DNA of 64,000 bases from Candidatus Firestoneibacteriota bacterium (GTDB lineage: Bacteria; Oederibacteriota; D2-FULL-39-29). Each line of letters opens with the position of its first letter. Position 1 is the stretch's first letter. Location of the stretch: positions 71,609-135,608 of the forward strand of contig CAIYPD010000096.1 of NCBI GenBank assembly GCA_903928075.1, given 5' to 3'. Shown here one piece after another: positions 43,886 to 52,182 of this stretch. The notes below the pieces were generated by a model. It saw only the letters and a list, made by a program, of their open reading frames with translations. It searched no databases and was not told the origin of the DNA. The position numbers were made by a program, and so were the translations under genes.

Positions 43886-45264
43886 AATTCCCCCTTCCCG
43901 TTTATGCCGGCGGCTTTAAAATATTTCTTTATTAAAGTTTTATATATTTCGGGGCTTTCCCCGGTAGTTTCTTTCCCAAAATCAACAAGCCCGCCAACAT
44001 TTGCCGTCTCGCCAGTTTTAAGATAGGAGAGCGCGAGTTCGTAGGCGGCCAAGCGGCCGAAATTGCGGTCCTGGGAAAGAACTGCGAACAAGCCGGCGGC
44101 CTTCCTTTCTTCTCCAAGGTTTTTATAACACCAGCCGGCATTAAATTGGGACCGTTGAAGTAACGGCTCTTTGGCATCTTCAGACGCGCGGGTATAATAA
44201 TGCGCCGCAGTTTTATAATCCATAATTTGGAGATAAATACCCGCAATTTTGTAAAATACAAAAGACTTTTCTTCTCCTCCCGTACTTATAAGCGCTTCTG
44301 CTTCTGCTGCAAAATATTTTTTCTTTGCCGTAAAATGCAGCAATTCGGTTGCCATAACCGCCTGAATCTTCACCGGGTATTTTTGTTGGACCAGTTTGTA
44401 ATAATTACCGGCTTCTCCGTAACGGCCTAAACGCTCATTAATAAATCCGAGGCGAAAAAGAGAAGAACTGACAAGAGTGTCATCCTTTGCCTCTGTATAG
44501 ACGGTTCGATAACCTTCAAGCGCCGTTTCATAATTTCCTGTTTCATAAGCCAGTGCGGCTTTTTTAAAAGCCTCAGCACCCGCAGCCTGCTGCACGGAGG
44601 GAGAACCAAAAGAAAGCTTGATCTTGAGCCCTTCTTCCAGAAGTTTTACCGTCCCATCCAGCGCCAAAAACACTATATTTCTTTCGCTGCGTTTAAATCT
44701 GATTTTCTCGGCTAAGAGCTCTTTTAGATCTCTTTTTTGGTCCGCCGCCAAAGTATTTTCGGGGACAGAAAGCAGAAGTTCGTAATTTAAAATATTTTTC
44801 TGATTAAACTGCGGGCCCGCAAGTTCTCTGACAAGACCGGAGGTAAGATAAAACTTAAAATCCTGAATATCGGTTTTTTTCTCCGGCCCGGACTTATAGA
44901 TCTCTTGCAGATTAAAAATGCTTTGGTCATATACAGTGTTTTTGTAAAGGGAAACACTCCCGAGTAATAAGGCAAGACAAGCGGCCGTTCGCCAGGCATA
45001 AGAAAAGAGGCGTACGGTTTTCCTGCGGCGGGTTGTTAAATCTGCGGCCTTCCGCAGGAGCAGGGTATCAAAATCCTTTGAAAACTCCGTCTTCTCTTCC
45101 CAGCTGTTTAGAAACCTGCTAACTTTGACAAGTTTTTCAAGAGCTGCCGCGCAGGAAGGGCACCCTCTAAAATGTTCCTCAGCTTCAAGAAGCTCCGCTC
45201 CAAAAAACCGGCCTTCACTATACCCGGCTATATCAAACTTTTCGCAATTTTGCACAATAAACAC
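43876..45264 (-). CDS. Anti-sigma factor (zf-HC2 N-domain, one transmembrane helix, periplasmic TPR repeats). The likely start is GTG at 45255 or 45264.
   Basis: HFRGCPSCAAALEKL zinc-finger motif. Transmembrane helix AACLALLLGSVSL. TPR-like AL/Y-rich repeats. A GAGGTG ribosome-binding site. Confidence 0.55.
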   Translation of the reverse strand: MFIVQNCEKFDIAGYSEGRFFGAELLEAEEHFRGCPSCAAALEKLVKVSRFLNSWEEKTEFSKDFDTLLLRKAADLTTRRRKTVRLFSYAWRTAACLALLLGSVSLYKNTVYDQSIFNLQEIYKSGPEKKTDIQDFKFYLTSGLVRELAGPQFNQKNILNYELLLSVPENTLAADQKRDLKELLAEKIRFKRSERNIVFLALDGTVKLLEEGLKIKLSFGSPSVQQAAGAEAFKKAALAYETGNYETALEGYRTVYTEAKDDTLVSSSLFRLGFINERLGRYGEAGNYYKLVQQKYPVKIQAVMATELLHFTAKKKYFAAEAEALISTGGEEKSFVFYKIAGIYLQIMDYKTAAHYYTRASEDAKEPLLQRSQFNAGWCYKNLGEERKAAGLFAVLSQDRNFGRLAAYELALSYLKTGETANVGGLVDFGKETTGESPEIYKTLIKKYFKAAGINGKGELWK

Positions 45265-45382
45265 CTCTATTAATTATACGTCTGACAGGCAATTTTGGAA
45301 GTCATTTTCTTCAGAAAACCCGCTATTAGAGCCGTCTTATAACGATTTATTTGACAATCCAGCTTATGGAGAACGGTCATTT

Positions 45383-45952
45383 TTATCTGAAATAGGGGGT
45401 GAGTTCTTTTTCCAGAATTTCATAGGCTATTTTGAGCTGCCACTTTATTTGGTTGTAGTCTTTTCCCAGTATCTCTGCAATCTCTTCATATGTTTGATTT
45501 TGATATTTATGCAATATAATCATCATTTTTTGCTCTTTTGTAAGCAGGTTTAGGGCTTTCTTTATAATGATTTCTTTCTCGGTTTTTTCCATTTCCTGAT
45601 AGGGAGCATCGGCGTGACCGGCAACGGCGTTTTGATATTTTATTTCCTCATTTGAACCGGAAAATTTAAGGCGGCGTAGCTCATCAATGCAGATATTCGC
45701 GGCAATGCTATAAAGCCATCCGGAAAATTTTTTGGCAGTGTTGTAGGTTTTTTTCTTTTTGAGGATACGAAGAAATATTTCCTGGGTCGCATCCTCGGCT
45801 TTCTGCTGATTCTGGAGCAGCCTGCGAGTGAAAGAGATTATCCGGCCTTTGTACCTACCATAGAGCAGCCCAAAAGCCGGAACTTCATCCAAACAAACGG
45901 CCTGCATCAACTCTTCATCACTGCTTTCCGGGGATACAGGCTTTCTGCTCAT
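45383..45952 (-). CDS. ECF (sigma-24 / RpoE-like) RNA polymerase sigma factor.
   Basis: Region 2 (EDATQEIFLRILKK, FSGWLYSIAANICID) and region 4 (TYEEIAEILGKDYNQIKWQL). 4-nt ATGA overlap with queF. Confidence 0.7.
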   Translation of the reverse strand: MSRKPVSPESSDEELMQAVCLDEVPAFGLLYGRYKGRIISFTRRLLQNQQKAEDATQEIFLRILKKKKTYNTAKKFSGWLYSIAANICIDELRRLKFSGSNEEIKYQNAVAGHADAPYQEMEKTEKEIIIKKALNLLTKEQKMMIILHKYQNQTYEEIAEILGKDYNQIKWQLKIAYEILEKELTPYFR

Positions 45953-46350
45953 TTCACCGGCTTTCCGGGAGTTCCGTAAGTTTTCTCCACAAATGTGGAA
46001 ATACCGCCCCGAGGGGTGAACTCGCCTTTAATGTAAGCCCATTTTGGTTTTACGGCTTTAATAAAATCTGCAAGGATTTTATTGGTGGCGTTCTCATAAA
46101 AAATGCCCAGATTCCTGTAGGCGAGTATATAAAATTTAAGGGACTTAAGTTCGAGACAATGTTTTGCCGGTATATACTTCAGAATAAATTTACCGCAATC
46201 CGGCAGACCCGACTTGGGACAGATAGAAGAGTATTCCGGAATTTCGATAGTTATAGTATAATTGCTATACTGGTTAGGGAAAACCTCCAGAGGAGGCATC
46301 TTTTCTTTTATTCCCGCAACAGCATGCTTGTCGGTATATTGTTTTTTCAT
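45949..46350 (-). CDS. queF: NADPH-dependent 7-cyano-7-deazaguanine reductase (type I QueF).
   Basis: EYSSICPKSGLPDCGKF matches the E(F/Y)(T/S)S(L/I)CPK(T/S)GQPD motif. ELKSLKFY matches ESKSLKLY. AGGAG ribosome-binding site. Confidence 0.75.
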   Translation of the reverse strand: MKKQYTDKHAVAGIKEKMPPLEVFPNQYSNYTITIEIPEYSSICPKSGLPDCGKFILKYIPAKHCLELKSLKFYILAYRNLGIFYENATNKILADFIKAVKPKWAYIKGEFTPRGGISTFVEKTYGTPGKPVK

Positions 46351-46488
46351 AAAACTCCTTTTTCAGAACGATTCCACAGATTCCAAACCTTCCGGATTCC
46401 ATTAAATGGTTCTAGGTGCCGGGTACTTGGTCCCGGGATTATTTTTTTGCTTTAACTTTGTATCTTGTACTTCGTACTTTGTACTTTT

Positions 46489-47007
46489 CTATCCAACCAC
46501 TTGCTTCAACGCCGCTATCGCCTTCGTATAATCCGGATGCGTTGAAATATCCTTTACATATTCAACATATCTTACGGTATTGTTTGCGTCAAGAATAAAT
46601 ATAGAACGGGAAAGCAGACGGTTCTCCTTTATTAGCACTCCGTATGCCGTTCCAAAAGAAGCTTCCCGGTGATCTGAAAGCGTCTTGAGCTTAGTGATTG
46701 CATGCGCCCCGCAGTAACGGGCCTGGGCAAACGGCAGATCCATGCTTAAAGTAAATATTCCCACATCCCCCGGCACGCTTGCAGCTTCCAGTTCAAATCT
46801 CTGCGTCTGCAGGTCGCAGACAGAAGTGTCCAGCGAAGGTACTACGCTAAAAAGTTTAATCTTAGCCTTGATATCTTTCAGCGTTACTGTTTTTTGCTCA
46901 ACATCTACCACACTAAAATCAGGCGCAATGTCCCCGATTTTTATTTCCGCTCCTATCAAAGTAAGCGGATTTCCTTTTGCGGTTACAAGACCTTTTCTTT
47001 CTATCAT
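46489..47007 (-). CDS. tpx: Thiol peroxidase (Tpx, atypical 2-Cys peroxiredoxin). ATG at 47007 with an AGGAGGA ribosome-binding site.
   Basis: PSLDTSVCDLQTQRF and QARYCGAH motifs. About 172 aa. Confidence 0.75.
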   Translation of the reverse strand: MIERKGLVTAKGNPLTLIGAEIKIGDIAPDFSVVDVEQKTVTLKDIKAKIKLFSVVPSLDTSVCDLQTQRFELEAASVPGDVGIFTLSMDLPFAQARYCGAHAITKLKTLSDHREASFGTAYGVLIKENRLLSRSIFILDANNTVRYVEYVKDISTHPDYTKAIAALKQVVG

Positions 47008-47024
47008 AATTCCTCCTGTTAAGA

Positions 47025-47090
47025 CATACAAGACTACAAGAATACAAGATTAGAAGAGAACAAGACTGACGCCAGAGACAAGGGAGACCA
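47025..47090. repeat. Array of (A/T)ACAAG direct repeats (CTTGT on the coding strand of the neighbouring genes) just upstream of the tpx ribosome-binding site.
   Basis: acatACAAGactACAAGaatACAAGattagaagagaACAAGactgacgccagagACAAGgg. Similar arrays occur at 49331-49352, 60362-60380 and 62908-62947. Confidence 0.45.
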
Positions 47091-47112
47091 GTGCTCCAAC
47101 CTTCCGTACTTT

Positions 47113-47218
47113 GCGCTTTTACGGTTTCTGTCCTCTGGCTTCCGCCCTCGTTTTATCTTGCCAAGCATCTCCGCCAAGTTTCCTTGGCGAGATCTCGCCG
47201 TAGGCGGACAAGCCTCTA
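47113..47218. repeat. Conserved ~105-120-bp intergenic element (copy A), located immediately 3' of a minus-strand stop codon. It contains a CGCCAAG-GAAA-CTTGGCG hairpin and the palindrome GGCGAGATCTCGCC.
   Basis: About 85% identical to 60410..60532. Partial copies at 32750-32775 and 63009-63060. Both full copies end exactly at the TAG stop of the upstream minus-strand gene. Confidence 0.55.
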
Positions 47219-48322
47219 TTTAAAGTTCTGTTCCCAGTCCTTTATTCCGAATACTTCTTTCTTTTTCTTAAGATAATATTTATAGTTATCATAGGAGACA
47301 TCCGGCGGGCACCTGTGGTCTACATGCGGGACAAAGCCGCCGCCTTCAACCAGGGGTTTAAGCCTGTTAACTTCCGCGTCAATTTCTTTTCTGCTCTTTG
47401 CCAGTTCTCTCTTGTTAACACCGCCAAACAACAGAACATCCTTGCCATATTTTTTCCTGAGTTCTACAGGGTCTGTGAAGCAGCCGACTTCCAGCGGGAA
47501 CATGCCGTTTATACCCGCGTCCAGCCAGAGCGGCACCAGGGAATTAATATCGCCGTCACAGTCCACCCAGCAAACATCAACGCCGTGTTTCCGCAGCAGA
47601 GCGGAAATCCGCCTGTATTGCGGAATAATAAATTCTTTAAACATCTCAGGTGAGATCATCGGCCCGTTTTTAAAAGCAATATCTTCCCACATGTCGGCAT
47701 AGTCAAACTTTACTTCCTTAAGCGCCGGTTCAATGGTTCCTATAATAACATCCCCCATGGTTTCAACAATCTCGCGCATAAGTTCCGGGTCATCATAGAA
47801 CATCATGGCGCAGTTCTCAAAGCCCATCCAGTTTCTGGGTACGCCCAGGAGCGAGCCCACACTGAGCCCCGCGGGATAATCACGCGCCGGGTCATTAAGT
47901 TTTGCGGCGGTTTCTTTCCAGTTCTTTGGATACCTGTGCATCCCCGGAACGAGCCTTTTCTTGAACTCCTTCCAGGAAGCCCGGTCCTTAAGAGAATAAT
48001 CAATATTGTGCGGAATGGAGGAGGCGCCGCTCATGAAAACTTTCATCGTTACGCCTTCGCTGTCCACCACGATTTTATAATCCTTTCCTTCTTCTATTGT
48101 CTTTCTATCAAAAGCCGGAAAGAGGCCCAGCGGTATCTTGGCTTCTACAAATTTATCAAAACCAAAGTATTTGTTTGCGGCATCTTCGTCCGTTATATCT
48201 TTGGGCATACCTTCTTCAACCCACTTGGGAAGAGTTTCTTCCCAGTAGCCAAACTCCCGGTTTTGCACCCTGTCAAATGGTTTAAAATGCGTTATCGCGT
48301 GGAATCTTTCTTTCCCGTTCAT
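47216..48322 (-). CDS. Uroporphyrinogen decarboxylase (URO-D) family protein (MtaA/CmuA-like methyltransferase fold).
   Basis: Size and overall URO-D-like composition. ATG at 48322 with an AGGAGAG ribosome-binding site. Family-level call only. Confidence 0.4.
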   Translation of the reverse strand: MNGKERFHAITHFKPFDRVQNREFGYWEETLPKWVEEGMPKDITDEDAANKYFGFDKFVEAKIPLGLFPAFDRKTIEEGKDYKIVVDSEGVTMKVFMSGASSIPHNIDYSLKDRASWKEFKKRLVPGMHRYPKNWKETAAKLNDPARDYPAGLSVGSLLGVPRNWMGFENCAMMFYDDPELMREIVETMGDVIIGTIEPALKEVKFDYADMWEDIAFKNGPMISPEMFKEFIIPQYRRISALLRKHGVDVCWVDCDGDINSLVPLWLDAGINGMFPLEVGCFTDPVELRKKYGKDVLLFGGVNKRELAKSRKEIDAEVNRLKPLVEGGGFVPHVDHRCPPDVSYDNYKYYLKKKKEVFGIKDWEQNFK

Positions 48323-48439
48323 AGTCTCTCCTTTTTTTTCTCTTCTTTTTTTATCATCTATTATCAATTGTTCTATTATTCCATTGCTCTACCCCGGAGA
48401 AGGTATAGATGAGGGTCATTTGTTTTTTATATTTACAGC

Positions 48440-48757
48440 CTACCGCACACTTTCTTCAATCCATTTCAGATACCTGTCGTTTCCGCCGGTTATCGGGAGA
48501 GAGATGACCTCCGGGACTTCGTACGAGTGATTTTTTATAATTTCACGGGTTAACTTCTTAAACAAACTCTTTTTAGTTTTAATTATCAGCAGCAGTTCTT
48601 TTGCTCTTTCAACCTTCCCCTTCCACCAGTAGACAGACTCTATTCTTGGCACAATATTAACGCAAGCCGCAAGTTTTTTATTGAGCAAAGAAGCCGTAAT
48701 TTTTTCAGCTTCCCGTTTACTCTTCACCGTTACAAAAACCACCACAAAGTTGTACAT
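48440..48757 (-). CDS. cutA: Divalent-cation tolerance protein CutA.
   Basis: 105 aa. HSYEVPEVISLPI matches the conserved YEVPE(I/V)xxLPI motif. Confidence 0.7.
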   Translation of the reverse strand: MYNFVVVFVTVKSKREAEKITASLLNKKLAACVNIVPRIESVYWWKGKVERAKELLLIIKTKKSLFKKLTREIIKNHSYEVPEVISLPITGGNDRYLKWIEESVR

Positions 48758-48986
48758 AAAAGCCCTCTACTCATATTGACCCAAGCTAACAGCAAAACCT
48801 GTTTCAAATTCTAAGATTAAAGCACTATCCTCCCCTCCAAAGAAACTGGCGGGCAGGCAAAAAGACCGGCGGACGACAATATCAAATACACTAAGGTAAG
48901 TCGAATTACAAACAAGGAATTGTTAAATATATCTTAAATGATTCTGTTTAGTGCTTATTCACTTATTTGATCTTAGTGCTTCGCCT

Positions 48987-49286
48987 TTACATCCCGGGTA
49001 TATTAAAGCCCTTTAGCATTTCTTTCATCTTTCCTGCGCTTGCGGTCTGGGACTGGCCGACTGCGTTCGAAATGGCCCTTTTAATGGCGTTTTCCAGGTC
49101 AATTTTTCTTTCCGGGGCAAGAAAATAGGGGTCAATAGAAATATCCACCACCTTAAACTCCCCGTTCATGGAAACTTTTAATTTTCCGCCCGCTTCCTCA
49201 ACCTTAACCACCGTAGCCTCTAAATGCTTTTTTAGTTCCTTCTGCTTCTTCATCATATCATAAGCCTGTTTCGCTTTATCAAACAT
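48987..49286 (-). CDS. ybaB: YbaB/EbfC nucleoid-associated protein.
   Basis: MFDKAKQAYDMMKKQKELKK...GGKLKVSMNGEFKVVDISIDP matches YbaB over the full length. A GAGGAG ribosome-binding site precedes the ATG at 49286. Confidence 0.7.
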   Translation of the reverse strand: MFDKAKQAYDMMKKQKELKKHLEATVVKVEEAGGKLKVSMNGEFKVVDISIDPYFLAPERKIDLENAIKRAISNAVGQSQTASAGKMKEMLKGFNIPGM

Positions 49287-49436
49287 TGACGACTCCTCAA
49301 CCAAGATTTTCTTAATTATACATTAAAGCAGCGACAAGGGACAAGGTACAAGAAAAACTCATCCGGCAGTTTCTTTTTTGTTCTTAGAGCTTAGTGCTTG
49401 TTTAGAATTTAGAATTTTGATCTTAGAATTTGCTTC

Positions 49437-50261
49437 TTATATGCCTTTTCTTTTTTCTTCCAGAATCTTTTCCCTGCCTATCTCAAAGAAAGGTTCCGCA
49501 AACTCCGAATTCCAAACCCGGTCTTCCCATTTTCTGTTTTTTACCGTCTCCAGAAAGTTCTTGAAATCCTTAAAGTATGAACCATATATATGGAAGCTGT
49601 TCGCAAAGTGGACATAACGGCCGGGAATTATATTTTTTCCGGTCTTCTCGCTGATTTTTGCCGCAATCATCCGCTGCATCTCGGTGAGGGCGAAGATATT
49701 CATAAACGCCGCTTTGTAGGCATCATTACTGCGCCAGATAGTATTTACATTGAGATAATTTTTTCCGTCTTTACTCTCCTGGACTCTGGCCCAAAGCATC
49801 TGCAAGCAGGGCGGGTCGAACGAGGGAGGATCCTTGAGCGGATTCCAGGTCATAGCCTGGGCGCGTCTTGAATAGAAACTTTCAGAAAGCTTTTCTATTA
49901 TATAATTTATCTGATTTATGGCTTTGCCTTCTATTTTGTAATCAAAAAATCTCTCATGATAAGTATAGGTCCATTTCCCCTCTTTTGGATTTATCCAGTG
50001 ATCATGAATTCCGTCAACTACCTCCTGCCGGTAGGTTTCAAGATCTTCAAGGCCGCCGGGAAAAGCCCTGTGAATCCTGGGTTCCTTAAAAGGATCATTT
50101 ACCACCATCATCATGGTACAGTCCTTACTTGCGGGATCGCCGGGTTTATCGTATTCTGTTTTAATATCAACTCCCTGTTCCCAGGTTGCAATTACTGCCT
50201 TCTCCCAAGCTTCAGGCAAAGTCTCGCCTTCAACTCTTAAAACAGGAATATTTCCGTCCAT
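49437..50261 (-). CDS. Thymidylate synthase (ThyA) family protein, divergent.
   Basis: RRAQAMTWNP matches the ThyA RRxxxSAWNP motif. DPPCLQM matches PPCH. IWRSNDAYKAAFMNIFAL matches LYQRSxDxxLGVPFNIA. Confidence 0.5.
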   Translation of the reverse strand: MDGNIPVLRVEGETLPEAWEKAVIATWEQGVDIKTEYDKPGDPASKDCTMMMVVNDPFKEPRIHRAFPGGLEDLETYRQEVVDGIHDHWINPKEGKWTYTYHERFFDYKIEGKAINQINYIIEKLSESFYSRRAQAMTWNPLKDPPSFDPPCLQMLWARVQESKDGKNYLNVNTIWRSNDAYKAAFMNIFALTEMQRMIAAKISEKTGKNIIPGRYVHFANSFHIYGSYFKDFKNFLETVKNRKWEDRVWNSEFAEPFFEIGREKILEEKRKGI

Positions 50262-50365
50262 TTGCTGCCCCCTTCCATATATAATTCTATTATTTCAACT
50301 TATTAAAAACATTTTTTCTGAATTTAAAGGATTTTACCATATAATCCGCTCAAAGTCCAGCAAGA

Positions 50366-50494
50366 CGATGGCACAGTTAAAGGCAATGAGATGACACAGA
50401 TGCTACATTATATTCTGCCTTTTAGCACCCATTGAAAATAAAAATTCTCCCGTTCTTATCTGTGTCATCTCTCTTAACATCCGTGCCATCAGCC
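50366..50494. repeat. About 130-bp nested inverted-repeat element (GATGGCACAG...GAGATGACACAGAT // ATCTGTGTCATCTC...CCGTGCCATC) in the thyA-like / araA-like divergent promoter region.
   Basis: Perfect 14-bp inner inverted repeat (50389-50402 versus 50458-50471). The outer 10-bp inverted repeat has 1 mismatch. Confidence 0.5.
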
Positions 50495-50637
50495 AGAAAT
50501 CCGGAAAAAATACACAGGATTTTGCCAGGATTTAAGGCAAGATTTCGGGCTTGATTATGGAAAGATAAAAGAGGTATAATTTGATTTCAAAGTCAGCTTT
50601 CAAAATTCAGAGTTTTCGTTAGGAAAAGGAGAAATTC

Positions 50638-52128
50638 ATGGCAGATTTAAGAATACCGAGAAGAAAACCGCTTACGGCCCGGGTGGGAGTAATAAGCATG
50701 GGACATTATACCTACTGGCCCCAGTTTGCCGGACTTCTGGATGAAATGAAGAGAAAAACAGCGGTTTTGGTGAAAAAACTTGAAAAAAGCGGAGTCACGG
50801 TAACGGATTACGGCTTGATAGACAATTCCGAGACCTCTTACGCGGTCATTCCAAAGATAAAGGCCGGCGACCTGGACCTGCTTTTTGTGGATATGGTAAC
50901 CTACGCCACCTCTTCCACCTTTGCGCCTCTTTTACATCACTTGAATACGCCTATGGTACTGGTCGCTCTACAACCTTTAAGCGCCATGAATTACGCAAAA
51001 GCCTCAACTTTTATCCAACTCTGCAATGACGATCTTTGTTCCGTTCCGGAATTTAACGATGTCGCCATGCGCATGGGGGCAAAAATACCGCCTATGATCC
51101 TGGGTATTCTGGAAGGCGATAAGGGTGCGGACAAAGAAGTCGCCGAATGGTGCCAGATTGCAAAAGTATTGCATGATGTTAAACGGGCGCGTATCGGGCA
51201 TATGGGGCATGTACTGGAATCTATGTACGATATGCACACCGACAGCGCGGCTCTTACCAGAACCTTCGGCCTGCACGCCGTCCAGTGCGAGCCGGACGAT
51301 GTGATGAAATTCTATAAAAATCCTGACAAAAAGAAAATTGAGGCGATGAAAAAACGCATCCTTAGTTTCTTTAATACGCCCACACCCGTCTCGGATCCCA
51401 TAACAGAAAAACTTAAACCCGAGCACCTTGAAATAGCTGCCGCGGCGGCGCTGGCCCTGGAAAGTTTCATCGAAGAGAAAAAACTTGACGGCCTGGCCTA
51501 TTACTATGAAGCGGAAGCAGGCTCAAAGATGCGCGAACTCGTTACTAATTTTATAGTCGGAAATTCCATGCTTACCGCTGCCGGCTTTCCTATGTGCGGC
51601 GAATTTGACATTAAGAACTGTATCGCCATGATGATAATGGACCGCCTCGACATCGGCGGCAGTTTTGCGGAGTTCCATCCGGTTGACTTTGACAAAGATA
51701 CGGTCCTTGTCGGCCATGACGGCCCGCATCATTTAAATATTGCGGACGCAAAACCCTCGCTTCGAAGCCTAAAGGTCTATCACGGAAAACCGGGTTCGGG
51801 CGCAGGCGTGGAATTTAGTTTAAAAACCGGGCCTATCACTATGCTTTCTATAGGCGTAAAAGCCGACGGGCAGTTCAAATTTATTTTAGCCGAAGGCCTG
51901 TCGGAAAAAGGTCCGATACCGCCCACAGGAAACACAAACACGCACGGCAGATTTGCTCCAAATGTAAGAACCTTCCTTAAACGCTGGGTAGCGGAAGGGC
52001 CGACGCACCATTTTGCCCTGGGCATAGGGCATCATGCCCGCACCATAGCCAAAATTGCAGATGTACTCGGCATTGAATGGGTAATGACCACGCCCAACGA
52101 CTTTGTAGGCGTTAAACCGGCACTTTAG
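50638..52128 (+). CDS. araA: L-arabinose isomerase family protein.
   Basis: 496 aa. GHDGPHHLNIADAK and GPTHHFALGIGHHA correspond to AraA LGSHMLEVCP / GGAHHTVFSHAL. AAGGAG ribosome-binding site. Confidence 0.5.
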   Translation: MADLRIPRRKPLTARVGVISMGHYTYWPQFAGLLDEMKRKTAVLVKKLEKSGVTVTDYGLIDNSETSYAVIPKIKAGDLDLLFVDMVTYATSSTFAPLLHHLNTPMVLVALQPLSAMNYAKASTFIQLCNDDLCSVPEFNDVAMRMGAKIPPMILGILEGDKGADKEVAEWCQIAKVLHDVKRARIGHMGHVLESMYDMHTDSAALTRTFGLHAVQCEPDDVMKFYKNPDKKKIEAMKKRILSFFNTPTPVSDPITEKLKPEHLEIAAAAALALESFIEEKKLDGLAYYYEAEAGSKMRELVTNFIVGNSMLTAAGFPMCGEFDIKNCIAMMIMDRLDIGGSFAEFHPVDFDKDTVLVGHDGPHHLNIADAKPSLRSLKVYHGKPGSGAGVEFSLKTGPITMLSIGVKADGQFKFILAEGLSEKGPIPPTGNTNTHGRFAPNVRTFLKRWVAEGPTHHFALGIGHHARTIAKIADVLGIEWVMTTPNDFVGVKPAL

Positions 52129-52130
52129 AT

Positions 52131-52173
52131 AAAAAAAAGCCCCGCAATTTTCTTAGTTACGGGGCTTTTTTAT
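52131..52173. terminator. Bidirectional rho-independent terminator (A8, GCCCCG...CGGGGC hairpin, T6) between araA-like and the PorV-like gene.
   Basis: aaaaaaaaGCCCCGcaattttcttagttaCGGGGCtttttt. Confidence 0.65.
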
Positions 52174-52182
52174 TTACTTTTT

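Noticed and set aside
45383-45952. ECF sigma factor as part of a mobile or defence island.
   Set aside because: Neighbouring genes (queF, tpx, cutA, ybaB) are housekeeping genes, and no integrase, transposase or att-like repeats were detected anywhere in the window.
46395-46448. GGTTCTAGG...CCGGGtacttggtCCCGG plus T7 hairpin upstream of queF as a possible preQ1 riboswitch or terminator.
   Set aside because: The terminator-like orientation (hairpin then T-run) is on the plus strand, where no gene is present. On the queF-sense strand the U-run precedes the hairpin. Similarity to the preQ1-I aptamer is limited to a GGUUCUAG word on the wrong strand. It cannot be supported without covariance-model scanning.
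47025-47090. ACAAG direct-repeat arrays as possible CRISPR arrays.
   Set aside because: The repeat units are only 5 nt with 2-3-nt spacers, are irregular, and are not flanked by cas genes. This is not CRISPR architecture.
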